Source: Mycobacterium tuberculosis H37Rv (lineage in GTDB: Bacteria; Actinomycetota; Actinomycetes; Mycobacteriales; Mycobacteriaceae). Taken from it: a stretch of 32,000 nt of DNA. A model generated the notes under the pieces. It did no database searches and had not been told where the DNA came from. It worked only from the letters and a program-made list of their open reading frames with translations. Shown here one piece after another: positions 11,786 through 20,462 of the stretch (the stretch's first letter is position 1; each line of letters starts with the position of its first letter). Position numbers and translations under genes: made by a program. The stretch is from the NCBI RefSeq assembly GCF_000195955.2, contig NC_000962.3:210001-242000 (forward strand), in the 5' to 3' direction.

Positions 11786-11800
11786 TACCCCGCTGGGGTA
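11786..11800 (+). promoter_or_regulatory. RicR-type operator upstream of ricR (Rv0190)
   Basis: TACCC-CGCTG-GGGTA followed at 11806-11811 by a TATGAT -10-like hexamer; same 5-N5-5 geometry as the mymT box. Confidence 0.8.
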
Positions 11801-11870
11801 CAAGATATGATGGGTAGCATGCCTGGGCCCTGCTTTCGGGTTGGCGAGTATCTCTGGAGATGGCGAGTAA

Positions 11871-12161
11871 ATGACAGCAGCACACGGCTACACGCAGCAA
11901 AAGGACAACTACGCCAAGCGGTTGCGTCGCGTCGAGGGGCAAGTGCGCGGCATCGCGCGAATGATCGAGGAAGACAAGTACTGCATTGACGTTCTGACCC
12001 AGATCAGCGCCGTCACCAGTGCGTTGCGGTCGGTGGCGCTGAACCTGCTGGACGAGCACCTGAGCCACTGCGTCACCCGTGCCGTGGCCGAGGGCGGTCC
12101 TGGGGCTGACGGCAAGCTGGCAGAGGCCTCGGCAGCAATCGCGCGCCTGGTTCGTTCCTGA
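11871..12161 (+). CDS. ricR: CsoR/RcnR-family copper-sensing repressor RicR (Rv0190 ortholog), 96 aa
   Basis: MTAAHGYTQQKDNYAKRLRRVEGQVRGIARMIEEDKYCIDVLTQISAVTSALRSVALNLLDEHLSHCV; Cys-(His)-Cys metal-site arrangement of the CsoR family. Confidence 0.93.
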   Translation: MTAAHGYTQQKDNYAKRLRRVEGQVRGIARMIEEDKYCIDVLTQISAVTSALRSVALNLLDEHLSHCVTRAVAEGGPGADGKLAEASAAIARLVRS

Positions 12162-12288
12162 TCGCCGCGTGTTGAAGCGCAAACCTGCCCACCACCCGTT
12201 GGTGCGGTGCGTACGGTAGGGGCAGCGTAATCGTGCCCTGAACGACCCCGAACCATCGAACTTCGCGGCCGATTCCGCGCAGGACGCG

Positions 12289-13530
12289 ATGACTGCCCCA
12301 ACCGGAACCTCCGCCACTACGACGCGACCGTGGACGCCACGGATCGCCACGCAACTGTCCGTGCTGGCTTGCGCGGCCTTTATCTATGTCACCGCCGAAA
12401 TCCTGCCAGTGGGCGCGCTGTCGGCGATAGCGCGGAACTTGCGCGTCAGCGTGGTCCTAGTTGGGACCTTGCTGTCCTGGTATGCCCTTGTCGCGGCCGT
12501 GACAACGGTTCCGCTGGTGCGTTGGACCGCACACTGGCCGCGCCGCCGGGCCCTGGTGGTCAGCCTGGTCTGCCTGACCGTCTCGCAACTCGTCTCGGCG
12601 CTGGCGCCCAACTTCGCGGTGCTGGCCGCCGGGCGGGTGCTCTGCGCGGTCACCCATGGCCTGCTGTGGGCGGTCATCGCGCCGATCGCCACCCGGCTGG
12701 TGCCGCCCAGTCACGCCGGGCGCGCCACGACGTCGATCTACATCGGAACCAGTCTGGCGCTGGTCGTCGGTAGCCCACTCACGGCTGCCATGAGCCTGAT
12801 GTGGGGTTGGCGGCTGGCGGCGGTGTGCGTGACCGGCGCGGCGGCCGCGGTCGCCCTGGCCGCCCGGCTGGCGTTGCCGGAGATGGTGCTGCGCGCCGAC
12901 CAGCTCGAGCACGTTGGCCGACGGGCTCGTCACCACCGTAATCCTCGCCTGGTCAAGGTCAGTGTGCTCACGATGATCGCGGTAACCGGCCATTTCGTGT
13001 CCTACACCTACATCGTGGTGATCATCCGCGACGTCGTCGGTGTACGTGGGCCGAATCTGGCCTGGCTGCTCGCCGCCTATGGGGTCGCCGGCCTGGTGTC
13101 CGTGCCCCTGGTGGCGCGGCCGTTGGACCGTTGGCCCAAGGGCGCCGTCATCGTCGGTATGACCGGACTGACGGCGGCGTTCACCTTGCTGACCGCGCTG
13201 GCATTCGGTGAACGCCACACCGCGGCGACGGCACTGCTGGGCACCGGTGCGATTGTGCTGTGGGGAGCCTTGGCCACTGCCGTGTCACCGATGCTGCAAT
13301 CGGCGGCGATGCGTAGCGGCGGCGACGACCCCGACGGGGCCTCAGGTTTGTATGTGACGGCGTTTCAGATCGGCATCATGGCCGGCGCTCTGCTGGGTGG
13401 GCTGCTCTACGAGCGCAGCTTGGCGATGATGCTGACCGCGTCGGCGGGTTTGATGGGTGTTGCGTTGTTCGGGATGACGGTTAGCCAGCACTTGTTCGAG
13501 AATCCGACTCTGAGTCCCGGCGACGGCTAA
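12289..13530 (+). CDS. MFS drug efflux transporter (Rv0191 ortholog), 413 aa
   Basis: 12-TM MFS, AraJ/Cml-like: FIYVTAEILPVGALSAIARNLRVSVVLVGTLLSWYALVAAVTTVPLVRWTAHWPRRRAL... Confidence 0.9.
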   Translation: MTAPTGTSATTTRPWTPRIATQLSVLACAAFIYVTAEILPVGALSAIARNLRVSVVLVGTLLSWYALVAAVTTVPLVRWTAHWPRRRALVVSLVCLTVSQLVSALAPNFAVLAAGRVLCAVTHGLLWAVIAPIATRLVPPSHAGRATTSIYIGTSLALVVGSPLTAAMSLMWGWRLAAVCVTGAAAAVALAARLALPEMVLRADQLEHVGRRARHHRNPRLVKVSVLTMIAVTGHFVSYTYIVVIIRDVVGVRGPNLAWLLAAYGVAGLVSVPLVARPLDRWPKGAVIVGMTGLTAAFTLLTALAFGERHTAATALLGTGAIVLWGALATAVSPMLQSAAMRSGGDDPDGASGLYVTAFQIGIMAGALLGGLLYERSLAMMLTASAGLMGVALFGMTVSQHLFENPTLSPGDG

Positions 13531-13563
13531 CACAGCAGGTCAGCGGGACCAGTTGGTGCCGCT

Positions 13564-14664
13564 ATGCCACACTGGGCTGAAGAACGTCACCGGAGGGAAA
13601 GCAATTATGTCGCGCTGGAAGCAGGGCTGGACGAGGGGGAGTCTATTCGCCGCTCTGAACATAGCCGCAGTGGTTGCGGTGCTGATGCTGGGTGCTGGCG
13701 TTGCCGTGGCGGACCCGGACGCGGCTCCCGGCGATCCCGGAGGTCCCGGGGCCCCGGGGGCACAGCGGGACCCGTCGACCCGCCGGCAGTTGACCTGTTG
13801 GCGCCGCCACCCGACCCGTTGGCGCTGCCGCCGGCACTTGACCCGTTGGCGCCGCCGCCACCTGACCCGCTCGCGCCGCCCCCGCCTGACCCGCTGGCAG
13901 TGCCGGTAGCAGCGGGCCCCGTTGCCGGGCAGGATCCGACATCGTTTGTTGGCCCGCCGCCGTTCCGGCCGCCGACGTTCAATCCGGTCGACGGCGCGAT
14001 GGTCGGTGTGGCCAAGCCGATCGTCATCAACTTCGCGGTGCCGATCGCCGACCGGGCGATGGCCGAAAGCGCCATCCACATTTCGTCCATCCCGCCCGTG
14101 CCGGGCAAGTTCTACTGGATGAGCCCGACTCAGGTACGCTGGCGCCCGTTTGAGTTCTGGCCCGCCAACACCGCGGTAAACATCGATGCGGCCGGCACCA
14201 AGTCGAGCTTCCGGACCGGTGATTCGCTGGTGGCCACCGCCGACGACGCCACGCATCAGATGACAATCACCCGCAACGGCGTCGTGCAAAAGACCTTCCC
14301 CATGTCGATGGGCATGGTGTCCGGCGGCCACCAGACCCCGAATGGCACCTACTACGTGCTTGAGAAGTTCGCCACCGTGGTCATGGACTCCTCGACGTAC
14401 GGGGTCCCGGTCAACTCGGCCCAAGGCTACAAGTTGACCGTCTCCGACGCCGTCCGGATCGACAACAGCGGCAACTTCGTGCACAGCGCGCCGTGGTCGG
14501 TGGCAGATCAGGGCAAGCGCAACGTCACCCACGGCTGCATCAACCTCAGCCCGGCCAACGCGAAGTGGTTCTACGACAACTTCGGCAGCGGTGACCCGGT
14601 CGTCGTGAAGAACTCTGTCGGGACTTACAACAAAAACGACGGTGCCCAGGACTGGCAGATCTAA
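13564..14664 (+). CDS. L,D-transpeptidase, YkuD catalytic domain (Rv0192 ortholog), 366 aa in the ORF track; real N-terminus doubtful
   Basis: C-terminal YkuD motif [26 protein letters not shown], preceded by Pro-rich linker [37 protein letters not shown]. The residues before about 13760 are Arg-rich and out of frame relative to a perfect signal peptide. Confidence 0.85.
13607..13909 (+). CDS. Short secreted protein frame (Rv0192A ortholog), 100 aa; probably the signal-peptide part of the adjacent L,D-transpeptidase
   Basis: ATG at 13607 with SD GGAGGG at 13592-13597; [51 protein letters not shown] is a convincing Sec signal peptide, then the frame becomes W/R/C-rich ([25 protein letters not shown]...), typical of out-of-frame translation. 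Confidence 0.7.
13794..13910 (+). repeat. Degenerate tandem repeat encoding (L)APPPPDP units, Pro-rich linker of the L,D-transpeptidase
   Basis: [37 protein letters not shown], with recurrent GACCCG(C/T)T(G/C)GCGC(C)GCC. Confidence 0.75.
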
Positions 14665-14723
14665 CGGCCGCGCGGTTGCCCACGAGTGACCCGTAGCCAA
14701 TCGCGGCTCCCCTTACTGGAGCT

Positions 14724-16571
14724 TTACTGAAAGCAGGTCAGCGACAGCATCGTGTAGTGCCGAAGCAGCCGGCGGGCGCAGTCTTTCACCACCAGGTTGC
14801 GCCTGCCGTCGAGACTGTAGGCGGCGTCGACCGCCCAGAAGGCGAACAAGCTGGTCGATAGGTAAGCGGCCATGTCCTCGCAGCGCAGCAGTGCCTCGGC
14901 CACATCCTCGAGCAGGTGTTTGACCGAGCGCGCGGCCTCGGCATGGCTCATGCCGAGCAAGTCGAAGTGCCAATCGGCGGGCGGGTCTTGGTCTTCGTCC
15001 AGCGGCAGCGTCTTTAGCACCTCGGAGATTAGCGCGTGGATCTGCAGCGGACGTAGACAGTCGGCCGGGCGGGGCTGCTGAATGTCGGCAAGCCAGCCCA
15101 GCAACCGCTCGTATAGCCGATCTGCTGACATCTCGCGAATCAGGTTGCGCGCCCACTTCCGCGGTTCCTCGCGGTTGTCGTGGTAAAGGATCAGATCCAG
15201 CGGGCCATGCTTGTCGAACCGCATCAGGCGCCAGATCAGGTCGAAGAACTCCTCCGCTGACAGGACCTCACCGTAGGGAATCGTCAGTTCGCGGTTGCGG
15301 ATCTCGCGCACTTCGGGGGCCTTGGTGGCCGCCGAAATCCATTCCTCGAACCGCGCGCCGTCGATCTGCTTTGTCTGCAGTGGTAGCGATACCGGACGTT
15401 GCGGGGTTTTCTTCCACTTGAGGAGCAGTTCGGCAATCTCGTCAGCGGCGGCGCACAGGGTGGCAATAAATCGCTGCTGGTAAGACTCGTCGGGTACACC
15501 CCTAGTCAACAGCTCGCTCAAGGAGACATCCGAACTGTCCTCGACATCGCTGACCATCCGCCCTGGATTGTCGGCGACGCGGTGGAAAACCAGAATGATG
15601 CAGCTGCGAGCACTTCCGGAGGCGGTGCGGAAGCGGTGATGCACCAGCGAGCCAGCGGCGAATACACCGCTCAGCGGTCGCTCGGAATCGGTCACCTCGA
15701 TCACCGTTGGGTGGTCCTGACCGCCCAGCTGGCGCTGCGCGTCGAACACCTTGCGGATGCTGTCGGGGGTGGTGAAGATCGATGCATTTTCACTCGACCA
15801 CGGCACCCCGTCCTCGTTGACGAAGCAGGTGCGGGCGAGTTTATGGGTGCCGGGTAGGAAGGTGAAATTCTGTCCCGCTGGCCCCTGCGCGGTTCCGCGC
15901 CGCCAGGTAATGAGGATCTTGTATTCGTCGTTGAACGGGGTGTTGTCGATATGCAGCATGTTGTCCTGGGCCAGGACCGACAGCGGTTCGGCGTCCTTGC
16001 CGCGTGCATCGATCATTCTGATCGGTCCACCGACGGCATAGGAGATCAACGCGATCATCAAGGGGTGCACCAGCGCGCCATTGACCGCTGGATCGGTCAG
16101 CATTCCGGGGCTTCGCCGCAGGTCTAGGAAGCGGTGAATGAAACTGCGACTGCCCTCCCGGGCCATGAGTTCGTCGTAGCGTTTTACCAATTCCAAAAAG
16201 TCGTCCGACTCGACGATGTCGGCAAGGACGACTGCGCCCTGCTCGGCCATCTGATCGATGAGGTCTCGTAGTGCCGCGGTGGCGATTTCGGCAGCTTCTG
16301 AACCCTGGGCCGCCAGCGCGTCGGTCAGCTCCTGCAGCAGTTTCCTGCGGTAGGACTCCTTGTCATCTAGATCACGGAATCGTTTGTAGGCCCAGGCGGC
16401 GGGCAGCTGGTCCTGTGACACCAGCTCGGGACCGATCGGTGGTGCGTATTCCAGCGGCAATATGTCATCGGCGGCGAACTTGGTCAGCTGGATTCCGTCG
16501 GAATTATCCGGCAAGGCCTGGGTGGTCGCAGTCTGACCGAGTGAGCTCATGTCCCGGGAAATCTGAATCAC
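14724..16571 (-). CDS. Conserved hypothetical protein (Rv0193c ortholog), 615 aa; possible PhyH-like dioxygenase core
   Basis: ORF MIQISRDMSSLGQTATT...; GTG start at 16571, with an internal ATG (MSSLG) at 16550. See findings for the domain inference. Confidence 0.85.
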   Translation of the reverse strand: MIQISRDMSSLGQTATTQALPDNSDGIQLTKFAADDILPLEYAPPIGPELVSQDQLPAAWAYKRFRDLDDKESYRRKLLQELTDALAAQGSEAAEIATAALRDLIDQMAEQGAVVLADIVESDDFLELVKRYDELMAREGSRSFIHRFLDLRRSPGMLTDPAVNGALVHPLMIALISYAVGGPIRMIDARGKDAEPLSVLAQDNMLHIDNTPFNDEYKILITWRRGTAQGPAGQNFTFLPGTHKLARTCFVNEDGVPWSSENASIFTTPDSIRKVFDAQRQLGGQDHPTVIEVTDSERPLSGVFAAGSLVHHRFRTASGSARSCIILVFHRVADNPGRMVSDVEDSSDVSLSELLTRGVPDESYQQRFIATLCAAADEIAELLLKWKKTPQRPVSLPLQTKQIDGARFEEWISAATKAPEVREIRNRELTIPYGEVLSAEEFFDLIWRLMRFDKHGPLDLILYHDNREEPRKWARNLIREMSADRLYERLLGWLADIQQPRPADCLRPLQIHALISEVLKTLPLDEDQDPPADWHFDLLGMSHAEAARSVKHLLEDVAEALLRCEDMAAYLSTSLFAFWAVDAAYSLDGRRNLVVKDCARRLLRHYTMLSLTCFQ

Positions 16572-16673
16572 CTCCGCTTTCGCGTATTGCGCAAGAACTC
16601 GGTTCGTTGACCCGTCGAGGTCGACTGCAGAACGTACCTCCGGAGGCGGCGTTATCGCCAGACCTATTACCTG

Positions 16674-16696
16674 GGGGTCTGCCCGAAAGGGAAAAC
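16674..16696 (+). repeat. Direct repeat copy 1 in the Rv0193c/Rv0194 divergent intergenic region
   Basis: GGGGTCTGCCCGAAAGGGAAAAC; 21/23 identical to copy 2, 119 bp downstream. Confidence 0.85.
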
Positions 16697-16792
16697 CCGG
16701 TGTCCTTTCTGGTTATCGAAGTGACCGGAATATTCGGTGCCGGCGGCGCACACGCGAGAATGGATGCCGCGCACGAGTTTATGCGCTTGTTC

Positions 16793-16815
16793 GGGTTCTG
16801 CCCGAAAGGGAAGAC
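16793..16815 (+). repeat. Direct repeat copy 2 in the Rv0193c/Rv0194 divergent intergenic region
   Basis: GGGTTCTGCCCGAAAGGGAAGAC; shares the 16-nt core TCTGCCCGAAAGGGAA exactly with copy 1. Confidence 0.85.
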
Positions 16816-16877
16816 TTGATTTCCCGTTAGTTCAACCACCGGGTGATCGGCGCACTGAACGAGAAAGGATATGGCGA

Positions 16878-19800
16878 ATGCGCACGAATTGCTGGTGGCG
16901 GTTGTCCGGCTATGTCATGCGGCATCGGCGCGATCTGCTGTTGGGATTCGGGGCGGCGCTGGCCGGCACCGTCATCGCCGTTTTGGTTCCGCTGGTAACC
17001 AAGCGTGTCATAGACGACGCGATCGCGGCCGACCACAGACCGCTGGCGCCCTGGGCCGTGGTTCTGGTCGCCGCCGCCGGGGCGACCTACTTGCTGATGT
17101 ACGTACGCCGGTACTACGGCGGTCGAATTGCCCACCTGGTACAGCATGACCTGCGCATGGACGCCTTTCAGGCCCTGTTGCGGTGGGACGGCCGACAACA
17201 GGACCGGTGGAGCAGCGGCCAGCTCATCGTCCGCACCACCAATGACCTGCAACTGGTGCAGGCGTTGCTGTTCGATGTGCCCAATGTGCTCAGGCATGTG
17301 CTGACACTGCTACTAGGTGTCGCGGTCATGACCTGGTTGTCGGTGCCGCTTGCGCTGCTTGCGGTGCTGCTGGTACCCGTGATTGGCCTGATCGCCCACC
17401 GCAGCCGCCGGCTGCTGGCCGCAGCCACCCACTGTGCCCAGGAACACAAGGCCGCGGTCACCGGAGTCGTCGATGCGGCGGTCTGCGGAATCCGGGTCGT
17501 CAAGGCGTTCGGGCAGGAGGAGCGGGAGACGGTCAAGCTGGTGACGGCATCCCGCGCGCTCTATGCTGCCCAGCTGCGGGTGGCCAGGCTCAACGCACAC
17601 TTCGGTCCGCTGCTGCAAACCCTGCCCGCGTTGGGTCAGATGGCGGTCTTCGCGCTCGGCGGATGGATGGCCGCGCAGGGCAGCATTACGGTGGGCACCT
17701 TTGTTGCCTTCTGGGCCTGCCTGACATTGCTGGCGCGGCCGGCATGCGATCTGGCGGGGATGCTGACCATTGCCCAGCAGGCGCGCGCCGGCGCGGTGCG
17801 GGTACTCGAACTCATCGACAGCCGGCCGACGCTGGTTGACGGCACCAAGCCGCTGTCGCCGGAGGCTCGGTTATCACTGGAGTTCCAGCGGGTGTCCTTC
17901 GGATATGTGGCTGACCGCCCCGTGCTCCGCGAGATAAGCCTGTCGGTCCGGGCCGGGGAGACCCTGGCGGTGGTCGGTGCGCCGGGCAGCGGCAAATCCA
18001 CGTTGGCGTCGCTGGCGACGCGTTGCTACGACGTCACACAGGGCGCGGTGCGGATCGGTGGTCAGGATGTGCGCGAGCTGACGCTCGACTCGCTGCGGTC
18101 AGCCATCGGCCTGGTACCCGAAGATGCCGTCCTGTTCTCCGGAACGATCGGTGCAAACATCGCCTATGGCCGCCCGGATGCGACGCCCGAACAGATTGCC
18201 ACGGCGGCCCGGGCGGCGCACATCGAGGAGTTCGTCAACACTCTGCCGGACGGGTATCAGACGGCCGTCGGTGCGCGCGGACTGACGCTGTCCGGCGGGC
18301 AACGCCAACGCATCGCCCTGGCCCGGGCGCTACTGCACCAGCCGCGGTTGTTGATCATGGACGACCCGACCTCTGCCGTGGATGCGGTCATCGAATGCGG
18401 AATTCAGGAGGTGCTGCGGGAGGCGATCGCGGATCGCACCGCGGTCATTTTCACCCGCCGCCGATCCATGCTTACCTTGGCCGACCGGGTCGCGGTCCTC
18501 GACTCCGGGCGCCTGCTCGATGTCGGCACCCCCGACGAGGTGTGGGAGCGCTGTCCCCGCTATCGGGAATTGCTGTCGCCCGCGCCGGATCTCGCCGATG
18601 ACCTGGTTGTCGCGGAGCGCTCGCCGGTGTGTCGACCGGTGGCCGGGCTCGGCACCAAGGCCGCGCAGCACACCAACGTCCACAACCCCGGGCCTCACGA
18701 TCACCCACCCGGCCCCGACCCGTTACGCCGCCTGCTGCGTGAGTTCCGCGGCCCGCTTGCGTTGAGCCTGCTGTTGGTGGCCGTGCAGACCTGCGCGGGT
18801 CTGCTGCCGCCCCTGCTCATCCGCCACGGTATTGACGTCGGGATTCGCCGCCATGTGCTCTCGGCGCTTTGGTGGGCAGCGCTCGCCGGCACCGCCACCG
18901 TGGTCATTAGGTGGGTCGTGCAGTGGGGGAGTGCCATGGTCGCCGGATACACCGGTGAGCAGGTGCTGTTTCGATTGCGGTCCGTCGTCTTCGCCCATGC
19001 CCAGCGCCTGGGCCTGGACGCATTTGAAGACGACGGAGATGCCCAGATCGTCACCGCGGTCACCGCCGACGTCGAGGCCATCGTGGCGTTCCTGCGCACG
19101 GGTCTGGTCGTTGCCGTGATCAGCGTGGTGACCCTGGTCGGCATTTTGGTGGCGCTGCTGGCCATCCGCGCCCGGCTGGTGTTGCTGATCTTCACCACCA
19201 TGCCGGTGCTTGCCCTTGCGACCTGGCAATTCCGTCGGGCGTCGAATTGGACCTATCGGCGGGCGCGGCACCGGTTGGGGACGGTAACCGCCACGTTGCG
19301 TGAGTACGCGGCGGGGTTGCGGATCGCCCAGGCGTTCCGCGCCGAATACCGGGGACTGCAAAGCTATTTCGCTCATAGTGACGACTATCGCCGACTTGGG
19401 GTGCGCGGGCAGCGGCTGCTAGCCCTGTACTACCCGTTCGTGGCATTGCTCTGCAGCCTGGCGACCACCCTGGTCCTGCTCGACGGTGCACGCGAGGTGC
19501 GAGCGGGGGTGATCTCGGTCGGAGCGCTGGTGACCTATCTGCTCTACATCGAGCTGTTGTACACGCCGATAGGCGAACTGGCGCAAATGTTCGACGATTA
19601 CCAGCGTGCGGCGGTGGCGGCCGGGCGGATCCGGTCGCTGCTGAGCACGCGGACACCGTCGTCGCCGGCGGCACGACCGGTGGGGACGTTGCGTGGTGAA
19701 GTGGTTTTCGACGCCGTCCACTATTCCTACCGAACACGAGAAGTGCCGGCACTGGCCGGCATCAACCTGCGAATTCCGGCCGGGCAGACGGTGGTGTTCG

Positions 19801-20462
19801 TCGGCTCCACCGGATCCGGGAAATCCACCCTGATCAAGTTGGTGGCGCGGTTCTACGATCCGACCCATGGGACGGTCCGAGTCGACGGATGCGACCTGCG
19901 GGAGTTCGATGTCGACGGCTATCGCAACCGGCTCGGCATCGTGACGCAGGAGCAGTACGTCTTCGCCGGGACGGTCCGCGATGCCATCGCATACGGACGG
20001 CCCGATGCCACCGATGCCCAGGTCGAACGGGCTGCGCGGGAGGTCGGTGCCCATCCGATGATCACCGCACTCGACAACGGGTACCTGCATCAGGTCACCG
20101 CGGGTGGGCGCAATCTGTCCGCCGGTCAGCTGCAGTTGCTCGCATTGGCCAGGGCGCGTCTGGTTGACCCCGACATTCTGCTGCTGGATGAGGCCACCGT
20201 GGCCCTGGATCCTGCCACCGAGGCCGTGGTGCAGCGGGCCACCCTCACCCTGGCAGCCCGTCGGACGACCTTGATCGTGGCTCACGGGCTAGCCATCGCC
20301 GAACACGCCGACCGCATTGTCGTGCTCGAGCACGGCACCGTTGTCGAGGACGGCGCCCACACCGAACTTCTCGCTGCTGGGGGCCACTATTCGCGGCTGT
20401 GGGCGGCCCATACTCGACTGTGTTCGCCGGAAATCACTCAGCTTCAATGTATTGACGCATAG
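16878..20462 (+). CDS. Fused full-length ABC exporter TMD-NBD-TMD-NBD (Rv0194 ortholog), 1194 aa
   Basis: Two Walker A motifs (GAPGSGKST, GSTGSGKST), two signature motifs (LSGGQRQR, LSAGQLQL); ATG at 16878 with SD AGAAAGGA at 16862-16869. Confidence 0.95.
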   Translation: MRTNCWWRLSGYVMRHRRDLLLGFGAALAGTVIAVLVPLVTKRVIDDAIAADHRPLAPWAVVLVAAAGATYLLMYVRRYYGGRIAHLVQHDLRMDAFQALLRWDGRQQDRWSSGQLIVRTTNDLQLVQALLFDVPNVLRHVLTLLLGVAVMTWLSVPLALLAVLLVPVIGLIAHRSRRLLAAATHCAQEHKAAVTGVVDAAVCGIRVVKAFGQEERETVKLVTASRALYAAQLRVARLNAHFGPLLQTLPALGQMAVFALGGWMAAQGSITVGTFVAFWACLTLLARPACDLAGMLTIAQQARAGAVRVLELIDSRPTLVDGTKPLSPEARLSLEFQRVSFGYVADRPVLREISLSVRAGETLAVVGAPGSGKSTLASLATRCYDVTQGAVRIGGQDVRELTLDSLRSAIGLVPEDAVLFSGTIGANIAYGRPDATPEQIATAARAAHIEEFVNTLPDGYQTAVGARGLTLSGGQRQRIALARALLHQPRLLIMDDPTSAVDAVIECGIQEVLREAIADRTAVIFTRRRSMLTLADRVAVLDSGRLLDVGTPDEVWERCPRYRELLSPAPDLADDLVVAERSPVCRPVAGLGTKAAQHTNVHNPGPHDHPPGPDPLRRLLREFRGPLALSLLLVAVQTCAGLLPPLLIRHGIDVGIRRHVLSALWWAALAGTATVVIRWVVQWGSAMVAGYTGEQVLFRLRSVVFAHAQRLGLDAFEDDGDAQIVTAVTADVEAIVAFLRTGLVVAVISVVTLVGILVALLAIRARLVLLIFTTMPVLALATWQFRRASNWTYRRARHRLGTVTATLREYAAGLRIAQAFRAEYRGLQSYFAHSDDYRRLGVRGQRLLALYYPFVALLCSLATTLVLLDGAREVRAGVISVGALVTYLLYIELLYTPIGELAQMFDDYQRAAVAAGRIRSLLSTRTPSSPAARPVGTLRGEVVFDAVHYSYRTREVPALAGINLRIPAGQTVVFVGSTGSGKSTLIKLVARFYDPTHGTVRVDGCDLREFDVDGYRNRLGIVTQEQYVFAGTVRDAIAYGRPDATDAQVERAAREVGAHPMITALDNGYLHQVTAGGRNLSAGQLQLLALARARLVDPDILLLDEATVALDPATEAVVQRATLTLAARRTTLIVAHGLAIAEHADRIVVLEHGTVVEDGAHTELLAAGGHYSRLWAAHTRLCSPEITQLQCIDA

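Noticed and set aside
13540-14700. 386-aa minus-strand ORF opposite the L,D-transpeptidase
   Set aside because: Antisense shadow ORF; contains strings such as [38 protein letters not shown], derived from the complement of the Pro-rich repeat.
16871-17149. 92-aa ORF (MANAHELLVAVVRLCH...) starting 7 bp before Rv0194
   Set aside because: SD AGAAAGGA ends 1 nt before this ATG (too close) but 8 nt before the 16878 ATG; the protein is out of frame with the ABC exporter and soon degenerates.
19419-20285. 288-aa minus-strand ORF antisense to the second NBD of Rv0194
   Set aside because: Shadow ORF of a strongly conserved ABC domain; composition and lack of motifs argue against coding.
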